DNA of 64,000 nucleotides from Eledone cirrhosa. Taxonomy: Eukaryota. Both the position numbers and the translations under genes were made by a program. The notes below the pieces were generated by a model. That model was not told where the DNA came from and did no database searches. It worked only from the letters and a program-made list of their open reading frames with translations. Numbering within the stretch: position 1 is the first letter of the stretch; the number at the start of each line of letters is the position of its first letter. The DNA is taken from assembly GCA_964016885.1 (NCBI GenBank), contig OZ024741.1, forward strand, positions 387,438,001 to 387,502,000. The letters are read 5' to 3'. Shown in pieces: positions 52,850 through 64,000 of the stretch.

Positions 52850-53137
52850 AAAGTCTAAAGTATGTATCAAGCCTGGAGGTTCATCATGCCAATGCTTATC
52901 CCGGTTTCTGTGGCTTGAAGCGACTGAGAGTACAATTCCCCTCTGGATAGGACACCAGTCCATCAAAGGATTAAACCTCCAACTAATGCTGGTACTCATT
53001 TTCAGCTGAGTATACTGGGGCAATCTGAAACAAAGTGTTTTGCTCAAGAACACAACACACAATCCAGTCCAGTATTTGAACACACAACATTATGATTGTA
53101 AGTCCAACACCCTTACCACTAGGCTACGCAGCTCCTC
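52850..53137 (-). mobile_element. tRNA-derived CORE-SINE (different tail, older)
   Basis: On the minus strand: TAGCCTAGTGG A box, GTGTTCAAATAC B-box-like, and TTCTTGAGCAAAACACTT...CAGCTGAAAATG CORE-like segment. Confidence 0.7.
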
Positions 53138-53328
53138 TCTCAGGTTACATAAGATGAATTAAATAGTTCTTAAGTTTTAAATAAATTGCTCAAGCAATTT
53201 TTATACAACTGAATATTCTTCATATCATTAAGTTTGTAATTGTGTATAAATCTCTTCATTTTCACTAATTTAACTCAGATTGATGGTAGTGTTAATGTAA
53301 TGACATTTTAAACAAAATTTCCTTCCAG

Positions 53329-53454
53329 CCTGATGCAAACAGATCAACTTTTGGTTCATCTTCATTCTTTTTCCTCCAATGTGGTGAATTACACTGTTCC
53401 AAAAGCACTAAAAAATGGATTGCCACTTCTACCAGTAGAATATTCTTTACAACA
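53329..53454 (+). CDS. SZT2: Internal coding exon of SZT2-like gene, 126 nt, phase 2 to 2
   Basis: TTTCCTTCCAG| acceptor and |GTTAGT donor. Reads (N)LMQTDQLLVHLHSFSSNVVNYTVPKALKNGLPLLPVEYSLQ, resembling recalled SZT2 INQTDQMLAHLQSFSS..FTLPDSTKSGVPL. Confidence 0.82.
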
Positions 53455-53734
53455 GTTAGTATTATTATTATTTGTGTTTTTCCTCTTCAGTTTTGTTTCC
53501 ATTTCTTGCAAAGTGTCTTATTATTACTGTGTGTTGTTACTGAATTACCAAGCACAGCTCTGTGTGCCTTGGATATGTGTAGTGTTGTTATTTGTATTGT
53601 ATTGACAGTACTCATCATAATATTATTTATTATTATCATTGTCATCGGCAGCATATTTATTATTATCATTATCATTGGCAGCATTGTTAGAAAGTCAGAT
53701 GTTTTGCAGTATTTGTTTTAGCACTTTATGTGCT

Positions 53735-53857
53735 AAGTTCATACTTCTTGAGTCGATGAAATAAGCTATCAGATATAACTGACTTTCCCTGACCCTAAAT
53801 TGCTGACCTTGTACCTCAGTTAGAAACCATTTTATTATTATTATTATTATTATTATT
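53735..53857 (+). mobile_element. Probable SINE 3' remnant ending in (ATT)n
   Basis: GTCGATGAAATAAG...CCTTGT...GAAACC(ATT)n resembles octopus SINE tails as I recall them. No head is visible. Confidence 0.45.
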
Positions 53858-54360
53858 GGTCTGTTCGGACGTCTTTTTTGCTCGTTCCCTGTAAGTCGCT
53901 TTATTTACCTGTTATAATTATTTGTTGTTTAATTTTTCTTGTTGTGTAAGGGATATAAGCCTTTGGTCTTTGCCCTGTGAAGGGGAAAGTATAATATTTG
54001 GGCCTTTAGGCCCAAATATTTGAACAATATTTGAACATTTTACTTTTAGAAAATTAAAAAGAAACATGGCTGAGCCACGCCCCCAGCAATATGTCTGCTG
54101 TCGTGTGAGAACTGTGTAAAAGTTGAGAGGAGGGTTACAAACATTGATACAACAAACACCACCATAAACAACGTGAACAAAGACAACAACACTGAGAACA
54201 CTAATTTAAAAAAAAATTACCACACCACAACAATAACAGCGACAACCAAAATACAGACAACAGAAAAAAATGCCAACACTGAAAATATAAGTAATAGCAA
54301 TGGCAATTATTTAGATTTGTCACATAAACATAGATTTCCCGCCATTATCACCGTCTACAG

Positions 54361-56038
54361 GTGTTAAAGCCGCCATCCCCACCACCACAATGTCAAAAAG
54401 AACAACTAACACCACAACAAGAACTGAAACAAAAAATAAATTATTTTCCGAAAATCGACTCATCCACGCCTAACGCCACTGAAACCACCACCACAACTGA
54501 AACTAAAAACAATAATAACAAAAATAACAATAACAACAACAGCAACAATAAGAATAACAACAACATCAACACCAGCGCAAAACCAAATGTGTCGTTTGCT
54601 AAAGCGGCACACAAAAATGAAACGGTTGAAGTAAGCCAAGCGAATGATAAAAAAATATGGTTACAGGGTCAGCCCCTCCCATCTAATACCATGGAGCATC
54701 CGCGCCTATGCACCATGTCATATCGGACGATAAATATTAAAACGTGCCGAGTGGAACGGGCATCCGAGTCCCAGATACCAAAAGTTTTGGGACATGTGTG
54801 GGCTCAGAAAACCCATATCAGATGTGGGCAAAAATATGGAACCGTGGACGTGTTCTTTGGAACACCACAGAAAGCTAGAGAGCACTCCATGGCCCCATTA
54901 AAAAGTGACGAGTTCACACTCGTCCCAAGCTATTGTGATCAGAGGCTGGTAAGGATCTGGGTGATCCACGTTACGCCGGCCATTGAAATTCCCTGGCTAA
55001 TGGCTGCCGTCCTCGCCGACATCGAGGCCGACACTAAAGTAATTGAGGTGATAAAAGTAAAGCAGGAGAACTGGTCCGGATCTGGGATGGAGCTCCTGAT
55101 CCAAGTGGACCAACAAAACATACAGGAAATTCCAGAAGTGATAGACCTCAATGACGGCAGCCACCTCACCGTAATCGCTGAGGGTAGAAGGCCTAGGTGT
55201 GTCGTTTGTGGCGAAGGAACCCACCTAAAGGCTTTCTGCTCTCAGGCTAAAAAGTTGAGGCCACCTCTCCTACCCACCCCAGATACTCAACCATCAAAAC
55301 CAGCAGCAGAAATGGCAGCAACAACAGAAGCAACTGTAGCAGCAACAACCCCAGCAACTGTAGCAAAACCAACACCACCACCACCCACCATGCCAGAATT
55401 AGCACCAGCGCCTCCACCATACACCACGCCACAACCAAAACCAACGCATGGGGAGGATTTTCCACTCCCCGACCTATCGCAACTGGATTGTGACGACGAG
55501 GAGTTGGAAACTGTATCAGGAAAAAAGAAAAAAAGAAACCAATCCTCTTCCTTCGCCCCCCAAAAACAAAATGCAGGGCGAAACAAACAAACTAACAAAA
55601 AAGTTAAGACAGCTATACCACCACCCACACCAGTATCACCAGCCCCATTACCACAAATACCATCACCATTATTAACCCCAACACCACAAAAATCACCAAC
55701 AAGCGAAACAGAAACAAACGCAAACAAAACAAAACAACCAAAACGATACACACTACACAGCATTCAATTTGAACAACCAATTATTACACTACATCCAACA
55801 AAACACCAGCTTCACAGAAAAAGACTATACAACACCCCAAAAATTCACACCACCCCCACACATACAAATCACTCGCATCACACTGAAAACATACACGACA
55901 CTAAAATTAAAATTCCCCAAGGACATCGGAGACTTCCGACAAACACTCTCCAGGAGGATTTATAAAGACATCCTTCCGGAGGGGGCCACAAACAGTGAGA
56001 AGGACGGAAAAAAACCATCCTTCCTCCACAAGAAGTGA
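54361..56038 (+). pseudogene. Tx1 ORF1 (gag-like nucleic-acid-binding protein), frameshifted near the C-terminus
   Basis: EGRRPRCVVCGEGTHLKAFC (C-x2-C-x4-H-x4-C), Pro-rich linker, basic patch KKKKR. Confidence 0.8.
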
Positions 56039-56078
56039 GGTAAGTGGTCTTTCCCATCTTTTTCCACTCCTTTTCAAC

Positions 56079-59000
56079 ATGACCTCACTCAGAATAAGCA
56101 GCATAAATGTGTGTGGTCTGAGTCATCATGGAAGCAGGGCCACCTGCTCAACGACCTCAGGTCACTAAACATATATGGGGTGGACATCAGTGAGCCCAGA
56201 ATCTCCGAAGCACGAGCCTTCGCACTGATCTTCGGCAGCTACGATGTATACGCATCTCCCAGCTGTCCAGGATTGGGGGGAGGAGTTGGTGCGCTTTTTC
56301 GGGGAGGCTTGGATCTCACCATACGGACCATCTTCCTGGACCCAGAAGGTAAGTTGGTGGTGCTGGACATGACCGGCAACAAAGGCAATGCTTTCAGGCT
56401 AGTAGCCGTCTACGCTCCAAAAGGGGCAGGATGGCCAGATTTCTCCAGACGTCTAGAGACCTTTCTTGGAACGTCCCGCTCTTTAGTGTTAGTGGGTGAC
56501 TGGAACGGTATCTTAGATGCACGCTGGGATTATGTAGACAGGGAAGGGGGTGTAAAAGCCCCAACAACCTGCTCAGACATTTTGAACTGTCTGACAGGTA
56601 TAGACTGGATTATCCGAATGTGCCAATGTGGACATGGGAAAACCGCATCGGGTCATCCAGATCGTATTTAGATAGGGTATTCTGTAGGGAAACAGATAAG
56701 GTTAGTGGAGGTTGTCAACAATTTAAAGTAGTCAACTACACGGACCACAAATTTGTGATCCGTGAAGTTGACTTAGATAGACTCCATAGGCAAGGGCCCG
56801 GCTACTGGAAGCTGAACGCGTCTTTCCCGGCGCGCAAAGCTTACAGAGACCGGATTAGCGAATTAGTTAAGCGTGCGTTGACGGGTGCGATCGTCAACAA
56901 CAGGTGGTGGTTTACCCTGAAAAGGGCTATTAAAGTAGAATTAATAAGGTTTAGCAAAGGAGTAGTGATAGAGGAAAATAGAGTAGAGGGAGAGTTAGTT
57001 AGAAAGCTAGAAGAGGCATTTAGGACAGGCATTGCAAGACCAACGTGCTTGCGGCAAGATTGGCACTCGACCAATTCTTCAATGCAAAGCACGAAGGCTG
57101 CATTGTCAGAGCTAGAGCACGTGCTCTAAGATACGAGGGGACGAAAGCCGTTCAATGGGCTCGTTTGGTGGAGGCGCGACGTTGCAACAAGTCCACAATT
57201 CGGTCTTTGCCTGATCAAAACGGGCGCATGTTGCTCGAACCTGAGCAGATGTGTGCGGCTTTTCAACAGCACTTTGCTCAATTGTTCGGGAACGGCGGCG
57301 GGCCGGATCAGAGTATAGACTTCGGTGCATACCTCGACGGACTGCCGCAGCTCTCGACGACCGCAGCACAGTGCTGTGAAAAGCCGATAACAGCAGGTGA
57401 AATACGGGAAGCGATGTCTGACTGCACGAGGGGTAAATCGCCAGGTTTGGATGGTCTGCCCCACAAGCTTTATGCGTACATGCCAGACTTGTTCGGCAGA
57501 TGTCTACTGCAACTGGCAGCAGAACGGGAGCATTCCCAGTTTTTTGAGCCGGGGAGCGGTGGCGCTGCTGAGAAAAGACCCGAACAAGGAGGAGGTTATA
57601 AACAATTTCAGGCCCATAACTCTGCTAAATGCAGAGTTTAAGATTTTGGCCAAGGTGTTAGCAAAGAGATTGGTACTTGTCGTTGGTGATCTGGTGAGAG
57701 AGGCGCAGACAAGCGCCATTCTGGACAGATTCATCCACAAAAACCTGCATCTCATGCGATACATCATAGAGAGGGTGGTTAAGGAACCTGGCACGGGTGG
57801 GGCCTTGATCAACTTGGATCAATCTAAAGCAGTTGATAGGGTCGACCATCGGTACCTGACTGCGGCCCTCGAGGCGGCCGGCTTCGGGCCCGTTTTTAGG
57901 GGCTGGATCGCTGTGATGCACATCTGCTCGATTGTGAGGATGAATGGTCACCTGTCGCAGCCGTTCAGCATCATGTGCTCGGTCCGTCAGGGTTGTCCTC
58001 TCTTGTCCCTCTTGTACGTACTGGCCCTCGAGCTGTTACTGCACAAATTGGAGACAATGAGGGGGGTCCCATGCGAACTGGGATGCGGGAGATCTGTGTC
58101 AGCTTACACCGATGACGTCACCGTGGTGGTGTCGAGCACCAAACACGTCCAGATGCTCGGCACCGCTCTCAAGGAATGTGAAGTGGTGACAGGAGCAAAG
58201 ATAATCCAGGAAAAGTCGGTGGGCTTGCAACTCTGCACTTGGAGAGGCAAGTCCGTGCTGTCCGACAGTGTCGTGGGGCACTGGACGGAAGGACCGGTTA
58301 AATTGCTTGGGGTCTGGTTTGGTCCAGACCTCCAGATGGAGAAAAACTGGAACGAGTTGATGAGCAGGGTGGCCTCTCTCACCCAGAAATGGGCCAAGAG
58401 GAGGCTGTCTCTGAAAGGTTAGGTGGAGATGGCGAATGCGTAGATAGTCTGTCATCTGCTCCCGCCTGACCGTCGTACCTTGCCCCCACCCAACTCTGAC
58501 CAAAATGGAGTGCCTTCTCTTCCGCTTTTTGTGGAAGGGACGTGCTGCCATAGTCAGACGATCCATTTGGTGTCAACACCTGTTGCGTAGAGGACTAGGC
58601 ATGCCATGGCTGATGATGCGCAAACATGCGCTGAGGCTGCGACATCTTTGTTGCTTCCTTGACGGTGAACAGGTGTGGTTGCCATTTGCCAGATGCGCCT
58701 TTCCCCAGCTCGTCTCCTTGACGGAGCTGCAGTCCTGGGTCAGGAAAAGACCAAGGGATAGCGCTTGGAAGCAGGAATGTCTCCAAGCGCTCACTGCCCT
58801 CTACCAGCTGGGCACTAGTATCGGTGGAACATCCACCTCAGCATTCTATAGAGGGCTAGTGGAGGGAAAGAGTGATGACGTTCTCGGGGAGACCTTGGGC
58901 ATTGAAGACAATCAGCTGTCTGCTCTCTCCAAGAGAACTTTCAGACTGGGGCCTATGGACAATTTCCAGAAATCCCTGGCCCGGCAGTGCTACCGGGGAG

Positions 59001-59473
59001 CATTGCCGGTTTGCGATAAGCTCTACAGGCATGGAGGTGCTGTCAGCTGAGCCTGTCCGAGATGCGCGCAGGGCGACGAAACCGTGCTGCACATACTCGT
59101 TCAGTGCCCGAGGATTGCTGACTTCTGGAGCTATGTCGAACAGCTGCTGTCGCATGTAGGACGGATCCAGTTATCGACTGAGTCCATTGTGCAGATAACC
59201 CCGCCATCCTCCTTTAAAGAGGAGAAAGGGCAGGCTGTTTTCATCTGCCTGGTGGCCATGGCGAAAGAGATTGTATGGTGGACAAGGTTGAAAGGGTTGA
59301 AGACGGACACTTTCCTCTCTGGCCAATCCCTGATTAACTTTTTCAAGTTTCACTTGAAGAGGAAAATCAGGGTAGGGAGGCAAGTGCTGTCTTCTTGTAA
59401 GTTTGTTGAAAGGTGGGTGAAAGTGGCGAGTCTGGTCCGAGTGAACGGGCCCACTCTGAGTATGCGCCTGTAG
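56079..59473 (+). pseudogene. Tx1 ORF2 (APE endonuclease, RT, zinc knuckle), many frameshifts and stops
   Basis: MTSLRISSINVCGL, VAVYAP, VGDWN, SYLDRVF, TDHK, GYWKLN, KSPGLDGLP, FRPITLLN, VRQGCPL, AYTDD, CPRC..DETVLHILVQC. Confidence 0.88.
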
Positions 59474-60684
59474 ACTGAGGAGTGGGAAAATTGAGAGAGA
59501 GCGCTTGCCCTGGTGGTCAGGGTGGCCGTGGTCTTTTGTGTGGTTTTCGCCATGATGGACCCTCGGAGGCTTCCCCCTTATTGGGGGAATTTTTGTTGTT
59601 TGAATTTTAATTTATTTTACATGTTTCTGTCTTTTATAAACTTTTTACTCGGTCAAACCCCACTTTGTATCGTCCTGTGCCGTCTCTAATGTTTTTCTTC
59701 ATGTTAGCCCTTGTGGCCAATAAAGAAACCATTATTCATCATTATTATTATTATGACTAGCAGAAACCCACCCTTGGGGTGGTTTTTCTGCTAGCATGTG
59801 TAGTGTGCATATTGATATTATACGCAAGTATATATGCATGTAGATATGATACATCAAATAAAATCGTAATTGACAATATACACAGAAATTGAACGAAGAC
59901 GTTGTTACACTTTCTTCTGTAATTAGTAACGTAATCCATGATACATTAAAAAAAGACGATATTATATATAAACTGCATTAGGAGAAAATTAGTGACAGAA
60001 AATTAGTATGTTTATTTAAGTAATCGCCACTGGAAGTGTTAACATCACAAACTCTCTCTTTCTATATATATGGTAGTTGAAGTGGTGGTGGTGGCAACGA
60101 CATACCGGAAGTACAACTTTGAAAAGAAGTCAATGTTAAATTATTTATTTTTACGAAATTATTTTTGTTTACGGAATTTAGTAGATAAATTATGTAATAT
60201 TCATTCATTATTTATTCAAAGTAATCCAACTTATTTTACTAACGGGATAAAAAAAATAAACCGAACGCAGACCTTCCTTTATTATAGTTTAGATACAGTT
60301 TAGTCAGAGAGTGAAGGCTGTGCCTCTAATCCTTTTCAGGATTTCCAGAACCAGTGGGAGGGAGAAGGGAAGTTATCTTCAAACAGATCTGACCTGAATG
60401 CTAGCAAGAGTGTGGACCCCCCCCCCCCCCCCTCCCACTAAAAGCACAGGTGCTGTTAAATCAAGTGAGGGATTATGTCTACTACCCAAGTAGGCTACAG
60501 TTGAATTTGAACTCAAAATATAAAGAGCCAGAACAAATATCTTGTCCAATGATACTTTATTTTATCAATCCCAAAAATGATGAAAGGCAGAATTGAATTT
60601 GAGTTTCATTTGAGTTTTGGAAGGTTAAAAAAAAATGACTTGAAATCTTAAGTTTAATTTAAAATTGTATATATATATATATAC

Positions 60685-60838
60685 ATCATCATCATTTTAC
60701 GTCCGCTTTTCCCTGCTTGCAAGGGTGGGACGGGAACTGATTCTGGCTTGGGAGCTTTTTTGCCGTGGCACCTCCACGACCACTTTGCTCAAGGAAACAA
60801 CACATCCCCCGTTCTGAAGGAAACAACACATCACCCGT

Positions 60839-60843
<5 letters not shown>
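60685..60843 (-). mobile_element. Internally deleted CORE-SINE (same family as 38603-38955)
   Basis: Reverse complement of the SINE tail and CORE start, with a short internal duplication (AAGGAAACAACACATC..CCGTTCTGA x2). Confidence 0.8.
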
Positions 60844-60905
<62 letters not shown>

Positions 60906-61107
60906 AGGTGAGTTTTATTGTAGTACAATAAAATATTTATTAAAATAACAGATTAAAGTTTAAGCAAAGAATCACTGCTTTCACCCTTAATGGGATCTTC
61001 TGAAACTCTATTTGCTCTACGGTTCTTATATATTTGATATATATTTATCCTTATCGAGCCCTCTGGATTTTAGTCTTCAAATTTATTATTATTACTATAT
61101 ATATATA

Positions 61108-61157
61108 TCATCACCATCATCGTTTAACGTCTATCTTCCACGCTAGCATGGGTTTAG
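61108..61157 (-). mobile_element. Extremely truncated RTE-type 3' end (terminal stem-loop and tail only)
   Basis: CATCATCGTTTAACGTC..TTCCACGCTAGCATGGGTT, flanked by (TA)n. Confidence 0.65.
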
Positions 61158-61181
61158 ATATATATATATATATACATATAT

Positions 61182-62570
61182 ATCATCATCATCAATGTTT
61201 TATGTCCGTTCTTCTACACTAGCATGGGTTAGACAGGTTGTCTTGTTGTGGGCAGTGTCCAGTCGGCTGACCTTGTCTTTTCTCATAAGGGAACTGATTC
61301 TGGCTTGATTTCTACAGCTGGATGCCCTTCCTAACACCAATCTCATTTGCAGTGAGTGCTCGGAGCTTTTTTTCCGTGGCGCCTACACGTCCATTTTACA
61401 GTGTGGGTTGGGTGCTTTTTTGCCATGGCACCTCCACGACCACTTTGTAGTGGGAGGGGGTGGGGGCATATAGTCTATATGCTTCAGCTTCGGCTTGTAC
61501 CCGTGGGAAGTCGGGTCTTCTGTATTACTGCATAACGCCAGAGGTCCCGGTCGTGTGTCATCGCCTTTGCAAGGTGCAATTGAGTAAGGTCGGCTTTTAT
61601 CACCTCATCCCAGATCTTCTTGGGACTCCCCACTCCACGGCTTACATTGACTTCTAGTGCTCTGCACCTTTTTATGCAGCTGTCATCCTTCATACGCATC
61701 ACATGTCCATACCAACGCAACCACCTCTCCTGCACACAGCATTTGATTCCTCTTATGCTCAGTCTCTCTCTCAACTCGTTTATGCTTTGGCGTTCACGTA
61801 CATTACTATTACACATCCATCGGAGCATGCAAGCTTCGTTTCTTTCTAATCTATGCAAGTCTTTTACAGACAGCGCCCAGGTCTCACTACGATGTAACAT
61901 TGCTGTTCGTATATATGCATCATACAGTCTGCCTTTCATTTTGAGGGAAAAACCTTTTGCAGCTAGCAGTGGCAGTAGCTCCCTGAACTTCTTCCATCCC
62001 ATTCTTACCCTAGTTATTGTACTTTCCGAACACCCACCTTTGCTGCTAATTTGGTCACCTAGGTAGCTGTCTACTGTTTTTACAGAGCCCTCCCAGAGTT
62101 TGGTGGTGCTTGTTTCCTGTGGCCGTTTGCTGCTTGCTGTCCATGAGATCCCACTACATCTCTTGTGTACTGATTGTTTGCATACTGGGCAAAGTCATTT
62201 CCCTGAGGGGATCTGGGTTCTGTTTTCTCGTCTGGTAACAAGGACCTTAGTCTTTGTCAGGTTCACTTTGAGACCCTTTCTTTCTAGTCCCTACTTCCAT
62301 GTTTGGAATTTCTTCTCTAGTTCCACCATGGATTCAGCTATAAGTGTGAGATCATCCGCATATAGGAGTTCCCATGCGCATCCGGTCAAAAACTCCTCCG
62401 TTATTGCCTGCAAAACTATAATGAACAGGTGAGGGCTAAGAACAGAGCCCTGGTAGATACCGACCTGTATGCTAAATTCCTTGCTATAGTCATTGCTAAC
62501 CCTAACTTTGTTGACTGCTCTTCTATACATGGCTTGTACAGCTTTCACAAGCCATTCATCTACTCCTAGT
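61182..62570 (-). mobile_element. Older, diverged RTE family A copy with internal deletions
   Basis: Minus ORFs 61484-62002 and 62291-62570 (YADD). RTE-A 3' UTR and ATC tail. Confidence 0.88.
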
Positions 62571-64000
62571 AGGACAGCATTCTTCACCATATGAGATGTC
62601 ATCTGGTGTACCACAGGGATCTGTTCTTGGTCCCCTTTTGTTTGTGGCATATATTAATGACATAGATGCCAACTTACAGAATGACACGGTACTGAAATAT
62701 GCAGATGACATCAAGCTGTACCTTGAAATCAAAAGGACTGATCCTGAAATTTACAACTCTTTCCTACAATCAGACCTGGACACAATGCAGCAATGGATTT
62801 TTCCTTCCAAAATGCATGGTGGTACACTTGTCCACAGCCAGCTTCAGTTGCCAGTCTGTGATCCATTGCTGGAGATGGCTCTGGTTTTTGTTGCTGCCCT
62901 CAAGTGCCAGATTGACAATGATCATAGCATGATCAGAGTCGCCTAGAGATTCCTCAGTAGTACAACTGATAACCACTTCAGGAGTAGTGGTGAAGATCAG
63001 GTCCAAAGTGTTGTCACCTCTTGTTGGAGAGGTGACTACTTGTGACCAGTTTGAGTCCAGCACTAGTTCAAGGAAATCGTTTGCACCTTGTGGCCAACGA
63101 AAGGTTTCCCAATCGATCTCAGGATGATTGAAGTCACCTGCAATAAACACATAAGTGGCTGTTTTCTTGGCAGCAACTCTGAGGATATCGCAAAGCTGTG
63201 TCCTGATGGTAGTTTGGGGGGGGGGGGGGGGCGATAAACAACACCAAGCAGAAGTGTTGACATGGTCATACGTATGTCACAGAAAATAACTTCTTCCTGT
63301 GATTCGTTCAAATCAACGCAAGGAATTACCGAAAAGTTTGAACGAATGTAGACCATCACACCACCACCACGGCGATTAATACGGAAAAGGTTGTACCCAG
63401 TAATGCTGAAAACCCCATCACAGAGTAAGGAATGTGCCCATGTTTCTGTGACTGTGATGAAGTCAGGGTCGATGCTTCTGACGTAGGATTCAAACAGATG
63501 TATCTTGTTGCATAAACTGCGAGCATTTAAGGACAACAATTTGTACCCTGGTCGCAGTTTATGATGGTGTGTAGAGGGTGGCAGGTTGTTCTGGTTTAGT
63601 TTCCCAGAGTTGTAGCAGTTTTTACATTGCCAGTTATTGTGGGTAGATCACACTCAGACCAGCCGGTATCTCTCTTCCACGTTTCACCAGCCTTGACAAA
63701 CCTCCAGATCTGCCCATCATCACGCAGACTAAAACTTTCATGTTGTGCTGAGTTCCGATTCAAGGGAGCTGCAGCACGGAGCTTTGGACGTACATGGGGT
63801 GGTAGGCCTGGGCGTGTTCGGAAGGTAATCCGATTTTCACGCCCAGCTTTAACAGAGGCCAGATGGTATGAGGTTGCCTCAGCGGGGTCCGAAAAAGACA
63901 GCCTGATGAGTCTGGGTTTTGGACCAGGTCGACCAAGGCGGAGAGCACCCTTTGGGGGAACACAGCCTAGGTCTTTGGCTGAGCTGGCAGCAAATGCCTG
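62571..64000 (-). mobile_element. Rearranged CR1/L2-group LINE: ORF1 end and EN on minus, RT fragment inverted
   Basis: Minus: RLGRPGPKPRLIRLSF (ORF1), LSLNARSL..VTETW, AGDFNHP, PTRGDNTLDLIFT, SDH. Plus, 62596-62798: SGVPQGSVLGP..YADD. Confidence 0.85.

Larger units (their letters stand above)
53858..59754 (+). mobile_element. Tx1/L1-clade non-LTR retrotransposon, near full length, decayed
   Basis: ORF1 with a CCHC knuckle. ORF2 fragments cover EN, RT and the C-terminal Cys-His domain. AATAAA at 59719 followed by (ATT)n. The 5' boundary is uncertain. Confidence 0.88.

Noticed and set aside
63895-63945. CTGATGAG hammerhead-like core
   Set aside because: No GAAA after a stem II. It is the antisense of LINE ORF1 coding sequence.

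Overview
Eukaryotic, animal genomic DNA. It is probably a coleoid cephalopod such as Octopus (inferred from the CORE-SINEs, RTE LINEs and extreme AT-microsatellite load). There are no prokaryotic features. The window appears to lie inside one + strand host gene. Three small, phase-compatible exons not called as such in the ORF track (39496-39592, 52033-52167, 53329-53454) join into a peptide I recognise as SZT2 (KICSTOR subunit). Everything else is intron. Bases 1-37 kb are a nest of non-LTR retroelements docked in about 17.6 kb of (TA)n-derived microsatellite: two RTE families with a PHD-type finger inside the RT, a CR1-group LINE, five copies of a ~600-bp non-autonomous RTE derivative, and CORE-SINEs. 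Further along are a Penelope-like fragment, an 11.2-kb 31-bp satellite with higher-order structure, a decayed Tx1/L1-clade element and a rearranged CR1-group element. The most unusual signals are: (i) near-uniform A-to-G polarity of the TA tracts on the host sense strand; (ii) tandem, covarying hairpin plus H-type pseudoknot modules in the RTE and SINE 3' ends; (iii) the TA-docked mini-RTE; (iv) the PHD finger inside the RT. Most long ORFs in the track (YIYI..., VYLQLTYY...) are repeat artefacts.
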